A stretch of DNA of 63,999 nucleotides, counting the filler, from Hausera hauseri (Eukaryota): assembly GCA_046269625.1 (NCBI GenBank). It is 13 parts of 13 records of this genome, joined end to end, with 100 filler letters (N's around TTAATTAATTAA, not from the genome) between each part and the next. Parts side by side here need not be neighbours in the genome. Positions count along the whole stretch, not along the records: positions 20,816 to 25,272 come from JBJURY010571006.1; positions 25,373 to 29,834 come from JBJURY010568672.1; positions 29,935 to 34,295 come from JBJURY010617665.1; positions 34,396 to 40,726 come from JBJURY010112321.1; 9 more parts are not named here. One strand, written 5' to 3'. Shown here piece by piece: positions 24,281 to 37,140 of this stretch. The notes beneath the pieces are model-generated. The model saw nothing but the letters and a program-made list of their open reading frames with translations. It searched no databases and was not told the origin of the DNA. The position numbers and the translations under genes are program-made. Numbering within the stretch: the stretch's first letter is position 1; the number at the start of each line of letters is the position of its first letter.

Positions 24281-24497
24281 GTTTTTGGACGTATTGATGC
24301 TGATAAGACGTTGTTGTTTATAGCCATTGCCACTGTGACGGTAATTTGCATCTAGCTTCTGCTTTTGTTGTTCGAAGCACAGAATTGATTAATCGCTTCA
24401 TTGTAGCGGTTTGCTTTGATACACGTTTCTTGTCGTACACCCGCTTGATAGATTTACGTTTAACAATTTTTTTCGGAAATTCTTCATTGTAACTCAA

Positions 24498-25152
24498 TCA
24501 TGTCGTCGATTTTTGAATTTGTTTATAGACACATACACCTTTCTGACTGAAAATGTCTGTTCGTACACGCATGTCAATATGACACTGTTGTGTAAAGTCG
24601 ATGAACAAGTATCCGTGTGGCTGGGTTGTAGCATCATGATATGCATCTATCAAGTAGGCGCGGTTGTGAGGAAATGCTGGTCGTGCAATATAATCAATGA
24701 TAGTTTGATCACGGGGATTTTTGAACAACACAAAATAGTCTACGTCTAGATTTCTTGTTCGATGCTGTCCGCCCTGATGGAACATGTTTTGCTTATTGAA
24801 AATAACCGTTACACCACGGTGCCGTGCAATTTTCGTGAACAAATTGTTGAAGTCCGATTGTTTCGTGGCTTCCAGATATAAATCGTCAATGACAATAACG
24901 TCACCGTTGCGCAATCTCTCTAACCAGTTCTTATCAACCCCATCAATTACCGTTATCGACTTCAGTTTACAAAATTCCCGATGTGTCAAACCGGACTCAC
25001 CATCATCACCAACAACTTGATGAAAGTATGTGATTGTACCGCGGTAAATGGAACATGTCACGGTAGTTCTGCAATAGCTTAAACACAAAGCGTGTTTTGC
25101 CACTTCCACTGGGGCCTACAGTCTAGAAGATTACATCATCCTGCAGCTTCAT
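24498..25152 (-). pseudogene. FtsK/A32-type DNA packaging ATPase
   Basis: Walker A GPSGSGKT (other frame, ~25095-25118), Walker B VIVIDD, FTKIARHRGVTVIF..QN, FKNPRD, PHGYLFIDF. Confidence 0.9.
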
Positions 25153-25272
25153 CTAGATAATAATAATAATGATAATAATACAACCTTTCCTCACGTGATT
25201 TGTTTATAATCGTGTTACACGCATATAAATAGCTATAGTATAAACACTGTTTCCATAATGTTAGCTAATATC

Positions 25273-25372
25273 NNNNNNNNNNNNNNNNNNNNNNNNNNNN
25301 NNNNNNNNNNNNNNNNTTAATTAATTAANNNNNNNNNNNNNNNNNNNNNNNNNNNNNNNNNNNNNNNNNNNN
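25273..25372. other. Artificial contig linker
   Basis: N-run + TTAATTAATTAA + N-run. Confidence 0.99.
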
Positions 25373-26171
25373 AGAAAAAGCAGTTCCGTCAGATTTGGAT
25401 GTAATGATGACAACACAATTAATTAATGGTATTTGGTCAAGAGACCTAGTAAAGCAATTAATTTTAGCCAGACCAGAAAATTTTGAGAAGACATTACAAT
25501 TGGCACAAGACCTAGAGATGGCGTTAGACAGATATGCTAGGCAAAACGAAAGACACGACCGGAACATCGAACGAAACGAGCGCAATGAGCTCATCGATCG
25601 AAATAGAAATAGTAGACGATTCCACGAACATAATCGAAATCGAAATTTTGATAATAGGATGGATAGGAATCCACGTTATGGAAACAAAAGCTTTGACAAC
25701 AATCGTAATTCAAATAACATGAATGTGACAAAGCCGAACTATAACTTGAACCAAGATGGTTATAAGAGCAATAACAAAAGCTTTAAATATAAGGACGGAA
25801 ACAGATACAATGATTTTAGAAACAATGAATACAAATATGACAGAAGTAGTCGGATAGAATCTTTAAATCAAGGCTCTTTTAGGAGCGACAGCCGCTCAAA
25901 ATCGCCCGTAAATGAGGACGGTCGACAACGGATTGGTAGAAACGGAAATTTAATATGCTATACATTTGGCAAGGAAGGTCACATAGCTAGATCATGTCCA
26001 AATCCGCGAAGCGTTTCATTTACCGAACCGACCAAAGCAAGTATGATTAGGACACAAGAAGATTTAGAGGCAAAATACGGTCCCAGAGGTGACATAGACG
26101 CAATTTTAGATATTCAAGATTCACGACGATACTTGAAAAGTCAACGAGAAACAAATAACCCCAAATCCTGA
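25373..26171 (+). CDS. gag: Retroelement Gag C-terminal part with degenerate zinc knuckle
   Basis: QLINGI...P..FEKTLQLAQDLE capsid-like end, N/R-rich linker, CYTFGKEGHIARSCP (CCHC with Cys2 replaced by Phe). Confidence 0.75.
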
Positions 26172-29100
26172 AGGCTCGAAAAGAATATGAAGATAACGTA
26201 TGGATATTAGAAGTATACCATGGACTAGTTGAACCTCGAACGAAATATGAGTACTTAATAGCGCCAGATAATAGTAATATGGTTCGTAAGAAGAATGTGC
26301 CCAAAAAGCGTGTGGAGACAAAAGAAGTAACCGAAGTTAAAGTAGCAACGACATCGTCCAACGTAGACTTAGACGCTAAATCTGAAAACCTGACAGAAGG
26401 ATGTCCAGATGTTGCTGAGGAAATCGAAAGTGAATATATAGCCCCATTAGTCCTTAAAATAACGAAAAATAGAGGTCGTAATCCATCACTTAAAAGGAAG
26501 TCAAAGGGTCGATCAAGATCGCCAATAAAAAGAGATAATGCAGAAATAACGCAAGTCCAAGATGCAGATATAGATAACATTACGAGCTCAGATACTCCAG
26601 ATGTGGAGCATACTGAAGTTACGGATGTTTCAAGCACGAGCGCAACAATAGGAGACGCGAACAGCAAGATAAACGAGACATGTCCATTGCCCGAGAGCGA
26701 AGGCGAAATGGATGGCACGCAACAAATCAAAAAGCTAGATGGAAAACTATAGAGGATTAGAAAATCCTGGAAAAATGCAGAGAAATTGAAAGAAATTAGA
26801 ATGGCACCAACGGATACCGAGATAATACGTCACAATCTGGAAGAATTAAGGCGTATAAAAACTTAAGTAGATGTGTCATAAAAAGAACAGCAATTCGCCG
26901 AAAGAATGTATAAAGAATTCAAACAGTATCTTGAGGAGGTCCATAACAAAGAGAAAGAAACGGAACAAAAGTATGAAATTGTGGAGAAGTCAATTAATGA
27001 ATGGAAGACACAACTAGATTCGTGGATAAAAAGCGGAGTCGATTTCATAGAGACATGGAACAAGCAAGAAATAGAAATCAGAAGCAAGGTGGCAACTGCC
27101 CAAGAATTACTTAAGATATTACAAGTGGATCCAAAGCAGAAGCGCACAAAACGGAATATAGAGAAGCTAATGGTAGAAATAGAAAGTTCAGTAATCTATC
27201 ACCTCAAAAATAAACCAATATATGAATTGGATGAAAATGAATTGTCAATACTATACACAGAACCAGTAGACATTCCTCTCATAATGGAAATGTGTAAGAT
27301 CGCGTTCAACGCCCCAAAAGAATATGCGAATATAGAAATTCGCATAGTCTCGCAAGATGAAAGGCGCTCTGAAATCTACAGATGTAAAAATAAACTAACG
27401 TATGCAGAAAACCCAGAAGTACAAAGCATAACGGAAAAATGCATTTTAGAATTAGACGAATATGAGAAGGAAATTAACTACGTTAAAGGCGTAATGGACT
27501 ATATTAAAGGTCCAGATGATAAATTGAACGACGCCTACGAACGATTAGAAAATGTAATAAACGCGAAACCAATGATAGCTAACCAACTCAAAAAATGGAT
27601 CGAACTATTAGACAGAATAGTGAGTCTAACAAAATACTGTCTAAGAAAGTATGCAGAACGTGAATCAATATTAAAACAACAGTTAAAGGAAATACTTTGC
27701 AACCTAGATGCTTATAAAATAGAGGCAAATCTTCAAGTTGAATTTAACGAGTTATTGAGTCTATGATTTATGAGCGAAGATCAGGAAATGAAACTCCAGA
27801 AGAATTGTATACCATAATCGAAGAAATGGAATTATCAGCAAAACAAGAAAAGATTTCCTCCTTATAGACAAACTAAAGGGTGTCCGTCTAGAAGGTATAC
27901 GACATTTGATAACAAGGCCTATAGATGAAATATCCGTATGTGATCTATCGACGTTGGATATTTGTCCAAATCATCGGAAAGCGTTAGAAGAAGTACTAAA
28001 ATGCCTACATCGTCCTTTTGAGTGGGCATCAGATACCGACCAGAATTGTCACTGAATTAATAGAAATAATCAAGGATCATCACCTCACACTAGACGAAGT
28101 TAGATTCGTAAATAGACTGATTAAAGCAATAGATCCAGATTCAAAAACTCTGAAAGAAATGCACGAAATAATATCTCTACTATCGACAATGGCAGAAACG
28201 GATGACAAAAAGACGCGACAATTGACAACTCAGGTTAAAGAAATAGAAGAATTGCGACTTCAAACCAAGCAAAGATCTACGAAGCTAGATGAATTAGGTA
28301 AAGAATTGGAGACTTATAAGAATAAATATTTGATCACGCAATCAGAGTTAACGAATAGAAAAGAATTCGTACAAAGATGACTAACGTATATAAATACCGA
28401 ATTAACAGATTACGAGAGAAAAGTGTTGTTTTCGACGGATGAACTAGGACCGACATTAAAAACGATACAACTTGCATGTGAAAACGCAGTAGAATTTCAA
28501 ACCAACTTTATGAGAGAAGTACAGTTAAGATTAAACGAAATTCGAGAAAATGCATGAAGCACGCCTGTGACATTGTTAAATTGTGGACTTCCAGATGTTA
28601 CAGACGACTGAGGATGGAATGCTTATTTGGAAGATTTATACAACCAAAACCCAAAGACGCCCATCCAACTTCAACCGATGGATATCCTTCCAATTGATCG
28701 ACAATTTAATGTAAAAATGATATTAAATCCTGCACTAGCCGAGAGAGAGTTAAGTGAGCAGATGAACGTCAATATGACGGAGAGCAAACTGAGAAAATTA
28801 ATCCCTACATTATCCAAACTATCGAGCGAAAATGCCGTTTATAGCTCAGTACCCAGACTAATGTAATTACCGATGAACATACAAAGGATGAGTCTGTAAG
28901 GAGAGTGAGAGATGAACGTTGCGTAGGACGCATTATGGGAGTCAGAGACCCTGTCATATATTTTGACTACCTTCAGAGCGAGGAAGATAAGGAACAATAC
29001 GATAAGAATCTAGTACCGATGAGCAAAGCAATACCAACTGCTCCGAAACAGAAACCACCAGTTGGAAGGCCGAGAAAAATAAGAGATTATATTGAACAAA

Positions 29101-29588
29101 ATGCAGCCCTAATACGAGAACTAATACAACTATCTTTGCCCGCGATTAACTCCTATAGCGAAGAGTTAAACGAGTTGCTGAGATACATTATCAAAATAGT
29201 GAATTATTCGGGATCAAGAAACGAGATGTTAGATGAAAAAGAAAAGGCAATCTACGACGCCTCGAGGATAATTAGAATATTTCAGTTCAAAATGAACAAA
29301 AGCAACTTACCTGACGAAGTTTTAATCGAGAAAATTATGGTAGAGAATACTAAGGAAGAATTAAAGAAAGTAATATTATACTTGGCAATGAAAACAAATC
29401 TCTTGATGGAAAAATAATTTAATAAAACCATTGGATTGATCAGAAAAGCGGCTAGGAAGATACCTAGAGAAATAAATTGGTCAAGGCTATTCGATGACGA
29501 AGATGGAAATAGACCGACCACTAGGATTGAAGATGTGGTAAGAAATTTAATACCAACTAACTCAGCGCGAGATAGTGAATCAAATTGG
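26165..29588 (+). pseudogene. Long unknown coiled-coil-rich coding region between Gag and Env
   Basis: Run of same-strand K/E/L-rich ORFs linked by frameshifts and stops; no protease, RT or integrase motifs seen. Confidence 0.55.
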
Positions 29589-29834
29589 ATGATTAAACTG
29601 ATAACGCTTATAATGCTAATAAGGCAACTTGGCGCAATCACGGTATACGACTGCGATAAATTTAAGGTTGGACAAAGATATTCCTTGATGGATTTGGAAC
29701 TATGCGAAGATGCCCGACCTCACAAGTTAGTAACCATTGAGAAAAAGTATTTTTTGTATCAGCAAAGCGAACTAATTGCAATAGACGCAATAGAATGCAT
29801 GCTGCGACGATCGCGAAGTATTTCCCACTGCGGA
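29589..29834 (+). CDS. env: Env N-terminus, chuvirus-glycoprotein / gB-like class III fusogen; partial
   Basis: Signal-like MIKLITLIMLIRQLGA, then ITVYDC...YSLMDLELC...LYQ...IEC...R.ISHCG, the cysteine pattern I recall for chuvirus-like glycoproteins. Confidence 0.7.
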
Positions 29835-29934
29835 NNNNNNNNNNNNNNNNNNNNNNNNNNNNNNNNNNNNNNNNNNNNTTAATTAATTAANNNNNNNNNN
29901 NNNNNNNNNNNNNNNNNNNNNNNNNNNNNNNNNN
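29835..29934. other. Artificial contig linker
   Basis: N-run + TTAATTAATTAA + N-run. Confidence 0.99.
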
Positions 29935-30410
29935 AAAAAATCTCAATTAGGAAAATATCACATTCTCACAACTCTACAAAAAAGAACGTGCTACATAAAA
30001 TTAACGGAGTCTTGGGGGTTTGGTGCATTACAATCATATTACCCGACTTTTCTTTAAAAATATTTTTTTAAAGAAAAATATTGTTTTATCGTTGTTTTAA
30101 TAATCGAAAAAAACGCAGTTTTCTTCACTTTTTACAACAGACGGACATATTTATTTGATGCTTTATTATTGTACGAATATACATTATTCAGTGCTTGTTT
30201 TATCAAGAAATTTATGTTTGAGATCATGCCAATTTTATTTTTCAACGACCTGCCAAGATCCCATGCAAGGATTTATGTTTTTCTTATGTTACATGTTAAC
30301 GTTTTTGATTTAGCAACTAATATTCTTACTTCCAAAAAGAATCAGCTTACCCCTGTTGAGATTAAACAAAAATTGCTAACCTCGATAAACTCGAATATGA
30401 TTAAATTTTC

Positions 30411-30585
30411 TATGATGAATGATACTACTGCAAATGTTAATTTGATGGGAAATGATACAAAGAATGGCGAATTGCAAATTGACGATATGATGAATTATAC
30501 GACTACAAATGTTTGTTTAATGGGAGACGATATGATGAATGATGAATTGAAAATTGATGACATGATGAATAACGTTACGACAACT
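30411..30585 (+). repeat. 75-bp tandem repeat, about 2.3 copies
   Basis: Translates with a 25-aa period: MMNDTTANVNLMGNDTKNGELQIDD / MMNYTTTNVCLMGDDMMNDELKIDD / MMNN. Confidence 0.7.
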
Positions 30586-31459
30586 TGAGATACTAGAAAT
30601 ACCGATACAATAAAAGCAAACAACAATACCAATAATACAATAAATAAAAAAATAAATGGTGTCAGAAATAAATCCACTAAAGGCACCATAAAAGACACCA
30701 CAAATGGTGTCAGATGCCTTAGTACTTTCAACCACAGTCCGGTCCAACGTTCCGATTTCGTGAATACAGAAAGCAAACGACGACTCAAGGATCAATTTTC
30801 GGAGGGTTGCGCATGCCGCGGCCAACACGCAAACCACAGGTTGGTGAGTTTGATTTAAGGTTTAAACCCATCCTACGACTCCAATTTTTATAATGAAAGT
30901 AAACACGGGTAAAAACAAAAAACAGAATCAAACTGATCATGGTGTTGAATAAAACAATTTAACGTATGCTATACTGCGAATTTCTTACGATATTATTGAT
31001 ACAAATTTGAATTTACCCTATTCAAAATGTAGTAGTAATCACAAAATAACAATGAACGTTAATTCCTTCTGTAATTCTTATATGTATAAATCCTATAGCA
31101 GTCTGCTTTAAATATCTAATGAAATATTTTTCATGAGTGGGTAAATCAGAACAATGTAGATAACTATTACAAGGTACCACCTAATACAGCAACGAGAAAT
31201 ACTATCCATATTGATTGCTTCCATAAGGTCATAAAACAGAATAATTTTCCAATAGAATTCGATCACCATCAAACTGGAAAACGCAATGACACAAATTGTT
31301 ATTTATTTGTAACCGTACCGTCTGATTCTTTTTACAGTCTTTCGAAATATAAGGTGTGGTTAATTAAACATCCACGACTCCCTAAATTTATTGACACATG
31401 CAGAGCATCCAAAGAGTTTGCGATGAACCTGGATGTGTCTGTGATCCGTGCGCCACAAC

Positions 31460-34295
31460 ATGCCTCCAGCATTACTTTTCAACCCCTTTCCTTTTTTGTT
31501 TTCAAAAATAACACACATATTTCTACCATACTCACTCGTAACACGGACATTTCTTACACCCTCTATATGTCTCTATCCTCTTTCCTACACACTTCCGACT
31601 TTTATTTATCGCACCATGGTTCTGTGCTACATCCGTCTGACTCACTTTCTTTCTTCGCTTCTCCGATCATTCATCTCACCCTTCACTTTCACCTCCGAGG
31701 TGGTTCAAACCCTGATCCTTCTACTGAAAGTTCCTCCAAAACAAGATCCGGTCGTCGTCCTGCTAACTCTGCACAACCTATCTCTCCCAATCTTCCTTGC
31801 ACAGAGTTCTTCCTCGATAAAACTAATTCAAGCCGCACTTGGCTACAATTTCATTTACAATGGATAAAAGCCAATCATATTACGGATTCTTTCTTGCGCG
31901 CCAACAGCTTGTTACTTCTTCTCCCAGCTAACATCAGGCATCAAATTAATAATCTTACTGATATCCTTACTTCGCCCACACTATAAGACATGCTTTTTGA
32001 GTCTGTCCTTCATATTACCGATCCATCGATTGATAATATAATACAGAAGTACTTTAACAAACACGCTATAAGCAACCAAAAACCTTCTGACTTTCTGCAG
32101 ACCTCTGTTTCATACCTAAGTGCTCTTGGCGTTACTCCCACCAACAATGCGGACTTAATTCGTCGTTATTTCCTTTCCTCCTTACCCACTTCCATCAGAG
32201 CTCTCCTTACTGTCGTTGACGACTCGACGGCGATTGAAAAACTTGCCCTATTGGCTGATAAAAGTTTCGAAATCTTGCAAACTAACAACTCACAACCCGT
32301 AGCTGCAGCAACCACGCATACCTCATCTCACGTAGACACGACTGTTTTCGCACAGCAACTACAATTAATGCAGAAACAATACGATACTCTACAGCATTCA
32401 ATCTCCGTTATCACGGCTCAACTAAGTAATTTGTCTACGTCTCGGCGAGGCGAGATTCGTTCAACGCGTGAGCGTAGCCTCTCCAGGCATTTATTTTGTT
32501 CCAAATCTCCTAGCGGACGAATGATTTGTTTTCATCACGAGAAATTTCGTAGAAATGCAGAAAAATGTCTTTTGGATTGTAGATATTATGACGAGCGATT
32601 CGTGGTGGACAGCCCTATCTGCATTTACCATACAAAATTCCACTCCCTAGCCAGATCGCGCGTTCAGGGATGTAAACATTACAAAAGCAACTCCAGTTTT
32701 TCTTCGCCTTCTTCTCCTCCTCCTTCTGCCTACCAGTCATCATCTTTCCCTTCACAATCTTCAAAAAAACTAAAAAGGCCTCCAGATGTTACGGCACATT
32801 CTGGCATAGGCAATACTGCTCAGTCTTCTGGCCGTTTTAACACCGCCTCCGCAGTTTTTCTGTTAAAAGCTACACTGTTCTCTAGCAATGCTCCACATAT
32901 CGATTTTCTCATCGACTCAGGAGCTGCATTTTTACTCCTCCCTTTGTTCTTCGTCCCTACATCAACGGCAGTTTCTTCGCCTCCGCTTTTCACCTCCAGC
33001 AGTCAACCTTTGCAAATCGCAGGTACCACGGAACTGGTTTTTACATTCTCAAACTTACCAGAAAAGTTTGTCTGGAAATTCCACGTGGCTAACATTAAAT
33101 CGCCAATAATCGGCTCAGACTTTTGGGCTGCACACGACCTGCTAGTTGACTGCAAGTACGGTTGTTTGCTACGTAGAGACTCCGTCGTGAACGTTAACAA
33201 CTGTCTAACAGGCAGCGCAACAGACCAATCGACTGCGAACTCACACGTGAATTTGGCAAATTGTTCATCGGTTGATAACGACACCTTTAGTAGTTTATCT
33301 ATTTCCTCAATTACACCTCATACACCGAAGTTGATTTTAAAACAATCGGTTAAACTAAATGTTGACAACGGCAGCGTCGTTCGTCCTTCGCCAATCACAG
33401 TCACTGCTTCCTCTGATAATACGCCTTATTCATTTTTATCACTACATTCCAATCTCAAATCCTACGTCAATTCTTCTTGTCCTCGCATACTAAGAAAAGA
33501 CCCCAGCTTTAAGCCCCTGTCAACACCTTATCACCACATAGACACCTAACACCAAAGACCTATCAGACAAAAGGTGAGACCATTATCGCCCCGTAGACGA
33601 AAAGCCGTAGAATTAGAGTTTAACGAACTCAAAAAATCTGGTATCACTCGAAGGCCCAAATCACTATGGGCTTCACCATTACATGTAGTGGCAAAAAAGG
33701 ACTGTACTTTTCGACCATGTGGCGATTATCGTCTAGTAAACAATCTAACCATCATGGATGCTCACCCATTACTGCTCATAAAAGACATCCTTCAAGTCAT
33801 AACAACACCAATACCTATTCCACAATAAATCTGCACAAAGCTTACCATCAAATCCCCGTTGCAACCGATGACGTTCCAAAGACTGCTGTCATCACTCCAT
33901 TTGGCCTTTACGAATACATGTTTATGCCATTCGATTTACGTAACTCAGCCCAAACTTTCCAACGCCACATCGACACCGTTCTCTCAGGCCTTGATGTTGC
34001 TCATTCTTACATCGATGACATATTACTTGCCTCCAAATCCTTGAAACAACACCATGAACACCTCCGAATTATTTTTCACAGACTACATCATAATAACTTA
34101 CAAGTTAATTTCTCCAAGTGCAATTTTTTTCAGAAACGTGTCAATTTCTTAGGCCACATTATCAATCCTCACGGCCACTCTCCACAACCTGATCGACTAC
34201 AGCAATTAAAAAACGTAGCATTTCCAACGACGACTACAAATATGAGAAGTTTTTTCGGCACACTACATTTTGTCCATAAATGCATACCGCATTGC
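31460..34295 (+). mobile_element. Ty3/gypsy CHCC-Gag family, copy B (UBL-Gag, protease, RT); runs off the contig
   Basis: HLTLHFHLRGG-Gag, two CHCC motifs, FLIDSGAA, RPCGDYR, SYIDDI; close paralog of copy A. Confidence 0.93.
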
Positions 34296-34395
34296 NNNNN
34301 NNNNNNNNNNNNNNNNNNNNNNNNNNNNNNNNNNNNNNNTTAATTAATTAANNNNNNNNNNNNNNNNNNNNNNNNNNNNNNNNNNNNNNNNNNNN
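34296..34395. other. Artificial contig linker
   Basis: N-run + TTAATTAATTAA + N-run. Confidence 0.99.
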
Positions 34396-35260
34396 GCCAG
34401 TAGTTATTTACGTTCTCCACCAACGAGTACGGATTCGGTTAAGTCCGTTAAAATGTTGATTCTATGAAATGCTTCAGAGTTTTGGTTTGTATTTGGCAAC
34501 AATAGATCGTCCAACAATGGTTTGATTGAATTTGCGTTTTGAAAAACCCATATTCCGGGCCTATAATTCATCAAAGGCAAAATATGTAACTTTGTCATGT
34601 AGTGTAAGCGAAATATGACCATCTGCGTTTATTTCACATGTGTTTATGGCTATTGCGGCCGTTTTCTTGATGTATTCACACAATTCCAGTTCCGTTCCGA
34701 TTAATAAATCGTATGGTATAATATATGACCGGAAGACTGATTCTGACTTAGTCCACTTTACTATAATATCGGATTTTGCATTGGACAAAAGGTCCAATTT
34801 TTCACCAATTATAACATGTCCACCTAGCCATAGACGTTTTGAGTGTACATTGACCGATTGAAAACCCCATGCCTGAGCGTCAGCTATAGAATTAAACTGC
34901 ATTTCAGTGGGATTTCGATGCATTAGTTTCATACGGTAGATTGAAAAATAAGCATAAACCGAGAAATGTTGTAGCGAATAATTGCGAAGAGTACATGGGT
35001 TATTGTGTCGGATTGTCCGCAAACGACTTGAAATAGGGCACATTTCTTGTCGGGTAAAGTAAATACAACTGTTCTGACGTATTGTCATTGGTGAAAATGT
35101 AAATGTTAATTCCGTCAAAGCCACTTCCCAGGCTCCCTGATGTAAATTGGCCGGTTGGTTTAAGTGCACGGTAAACTGTTTAGCGGTATTGTAATTGTCG
35201 TCATGTTGTGATAATGATCTGTTACTATCAAGTACCAAGTAAATGGTGCTGCTGCTCATA
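34396..35260 (-). pseudogene. Polinton minor capsid paralog 1, second copy
   Basis: MSSSTIYLVLDSN...WEVALTELTF...INILTDLTESVLVGG; alignable by eye to 21940-22795. Confidence 0.8.
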
Positions 35261-35261
35261 G

Positions 35262-36300
35262 AATTTGTGATGCCAAAATTCAACTCGGTGCAGTATATCC
35301 GAGCCACTTGACGAAATATTGTTTATTCGAACCTTTGTCACGTGAACGTAGAATTTCCTGAATACGATATACATCGGGTTTCTCGGGCAGTACTTGCAGT
35401 TCCTGTTCGTGGAATTTACTGCGTATTTCCTCGCCGTTTTCATCCTCTAAAACAAACATGACAGGTGTTTGTTTTGTGTTGATTGCCGAAATGCGGAAAA
35501 CCTCGTCGCTACAGTTCTTATTGAAATTCTTAATGAATGGCGTCGTACTTATTTTTGAAATATGTACTTGAGCACCAATTTTATAATTTGAACATTTAAT
35601 TGCCTGTCGTTGTGTTCGGTGTTGATAAAGCCACATATCGAAATCATCGATTGCGTCAACCGGCCGTAATCTATTGATGCCACGATGTGTCAAATGATTG
35701 TATGCATGAATATTATCCGGCAGTACATCTACCCGGATTTTGTCGCCTCGCTTCGTAGGGAACTTGTTTAGGCGACCGCGCAATGTTCAATTAAGTTGTT
35801 CAACGAGTTCAGCCTTGTATTGGGAAAACACCGAGTAGTGGTTTACTCCGAAAGGTTTCAAGGCCGCTGCAACGTAGGCGTTGTAGAATTCCTTATCCAA
35901 ATCCGTTTGTAAATACTTTAACTGTTGTTGTTGTATCAGTGTCTGGATCGTGTAGGCAATCTCTTTACCGGATTTAGATTTTACGGCAAATGCACGTGCA
36001 AAACAACTAAACAGAACGATACATGTCAACACGCACCGATACTCATCGTTGATGCTGGCGTACGGAATCATTTACATTAGATCCATTCGCCATACGTTAT
36101 TTACATCTGCAGAACGGTATGCACGAGTTGGAAACTCCCTTCATATTGGCTCGTTTAGGCTGTATGCTAATTGTTTATCGAGGCAACGTTGGGTCTCTTG
36201 TCGAGTCTGTTTCACAGTCCTTGTCAGATTGTTGACGCCAATATAACCGACGGGATGACGCTGGTCGAACTACACGTCGCCTATTGTTGACGTCGATGAT
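35262..36300 (-). pseudogene. Polinton integrase + chromodomain, second copy
   Basis: LTCIVLFSCFA, LQTDLDKEF, KAELVEQLN, FHEQELQ, YFVKWLGY; homologous to 22790-23830. Confidence 0.88.
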
Positions 36301-36603
36301 GTGGTTTTTGTTATCATTACAGAAATCTAGAAAATGCGTCATTCTGCAGCTTCATCTAAATAAAAATAAAAATAAAATACAACCTTTCCTCACATTATTT
36401 GTTTATAATCGTGTTACATGCATATAAATAGCTATATTATAAACACTGTTTCCATAATGTTAGCTAATATCAACTATCGCGGATATGTTACCGAGTGTGA
36501 CATTAACACACTAAATTTTAATCAATGAAAGCCGAGGCAGTATGTCCTCAAGTGTCCACCGCATTTTTCATGCATTATATTTCAATCGGGAAAGTGTCGT
36601 ATT

Positions 36604-37140
36604 ATGGGTTGCCGAAAACCAATCATAACTGATAATCTACTACCATTCGGAATTGTCATTGGCCAAATTCAATCAATAACGGTGACGACTCAGTTAGACT
36701 ACCAAACAATTAATCTGTATAAATTATCAATGGCCACTGAATGTACGAATGAACCTGAACTGTCTCCTGAACTGAGATTTACATCGTTTCGCCCACTTTG
36801 TGTCAATGTGTTTAGCAGTGGAAAAACTGTTGCACTCGGTATTCGGACAGTGGACTATAAACCTATTATTGATCAAATTGAAAACCACATAAATATTTTA
36901 GTGAATCAAAATAATGTAAATTGCACAACAAACTGTAAATACCATTCCCATGGTTGTTCAGACATTACTTCCAAGGAAGACGACGATAAAACGATTCTAC
37001 TCAATGATGCTAATGGTGAAAGTTCCGATTGGTCGTGGTTGTTTGGCTACAAAAAGGACGATTTTAATGCCAAACTGCTGGAAACGAAAACAGGACCTGT
37101 CCAACAATTAGAAAAACCTTCTAATGGCGATTGTCTGTAG
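36604..37140 (+). CDS. Unknown Polinton-associated protein
   Basis: 178-aa ORF divergent from the integrase/capsid block, downstream of an A/T-rich TATAAAT intergenic stretch. Confidence 0.4.
   Translation: MGCRKPIITDNLLPFGIVIGQIQSITVTTQLDYQTINLYKLSMATECTNEPELSPELRFTSFRPLCVNVFSSGKTVALGIRTVDYKPIIDQIENHINILVNQNNVNCTTNCKYHSHGCSDITSKEDDDKTILLNDANGESSDWSWLFGYKKDDFNAKLLETKTGPVQQLEKPSNGDCL

Noticed and set aside
31990-33549. Natural in-frame Gag-Pol fusion (519 aa)
   Set aside because: The slippery site, stop and pseudoknot are still present and copy C shows the -1 arrangement; an upstream indel is the simpler explanation
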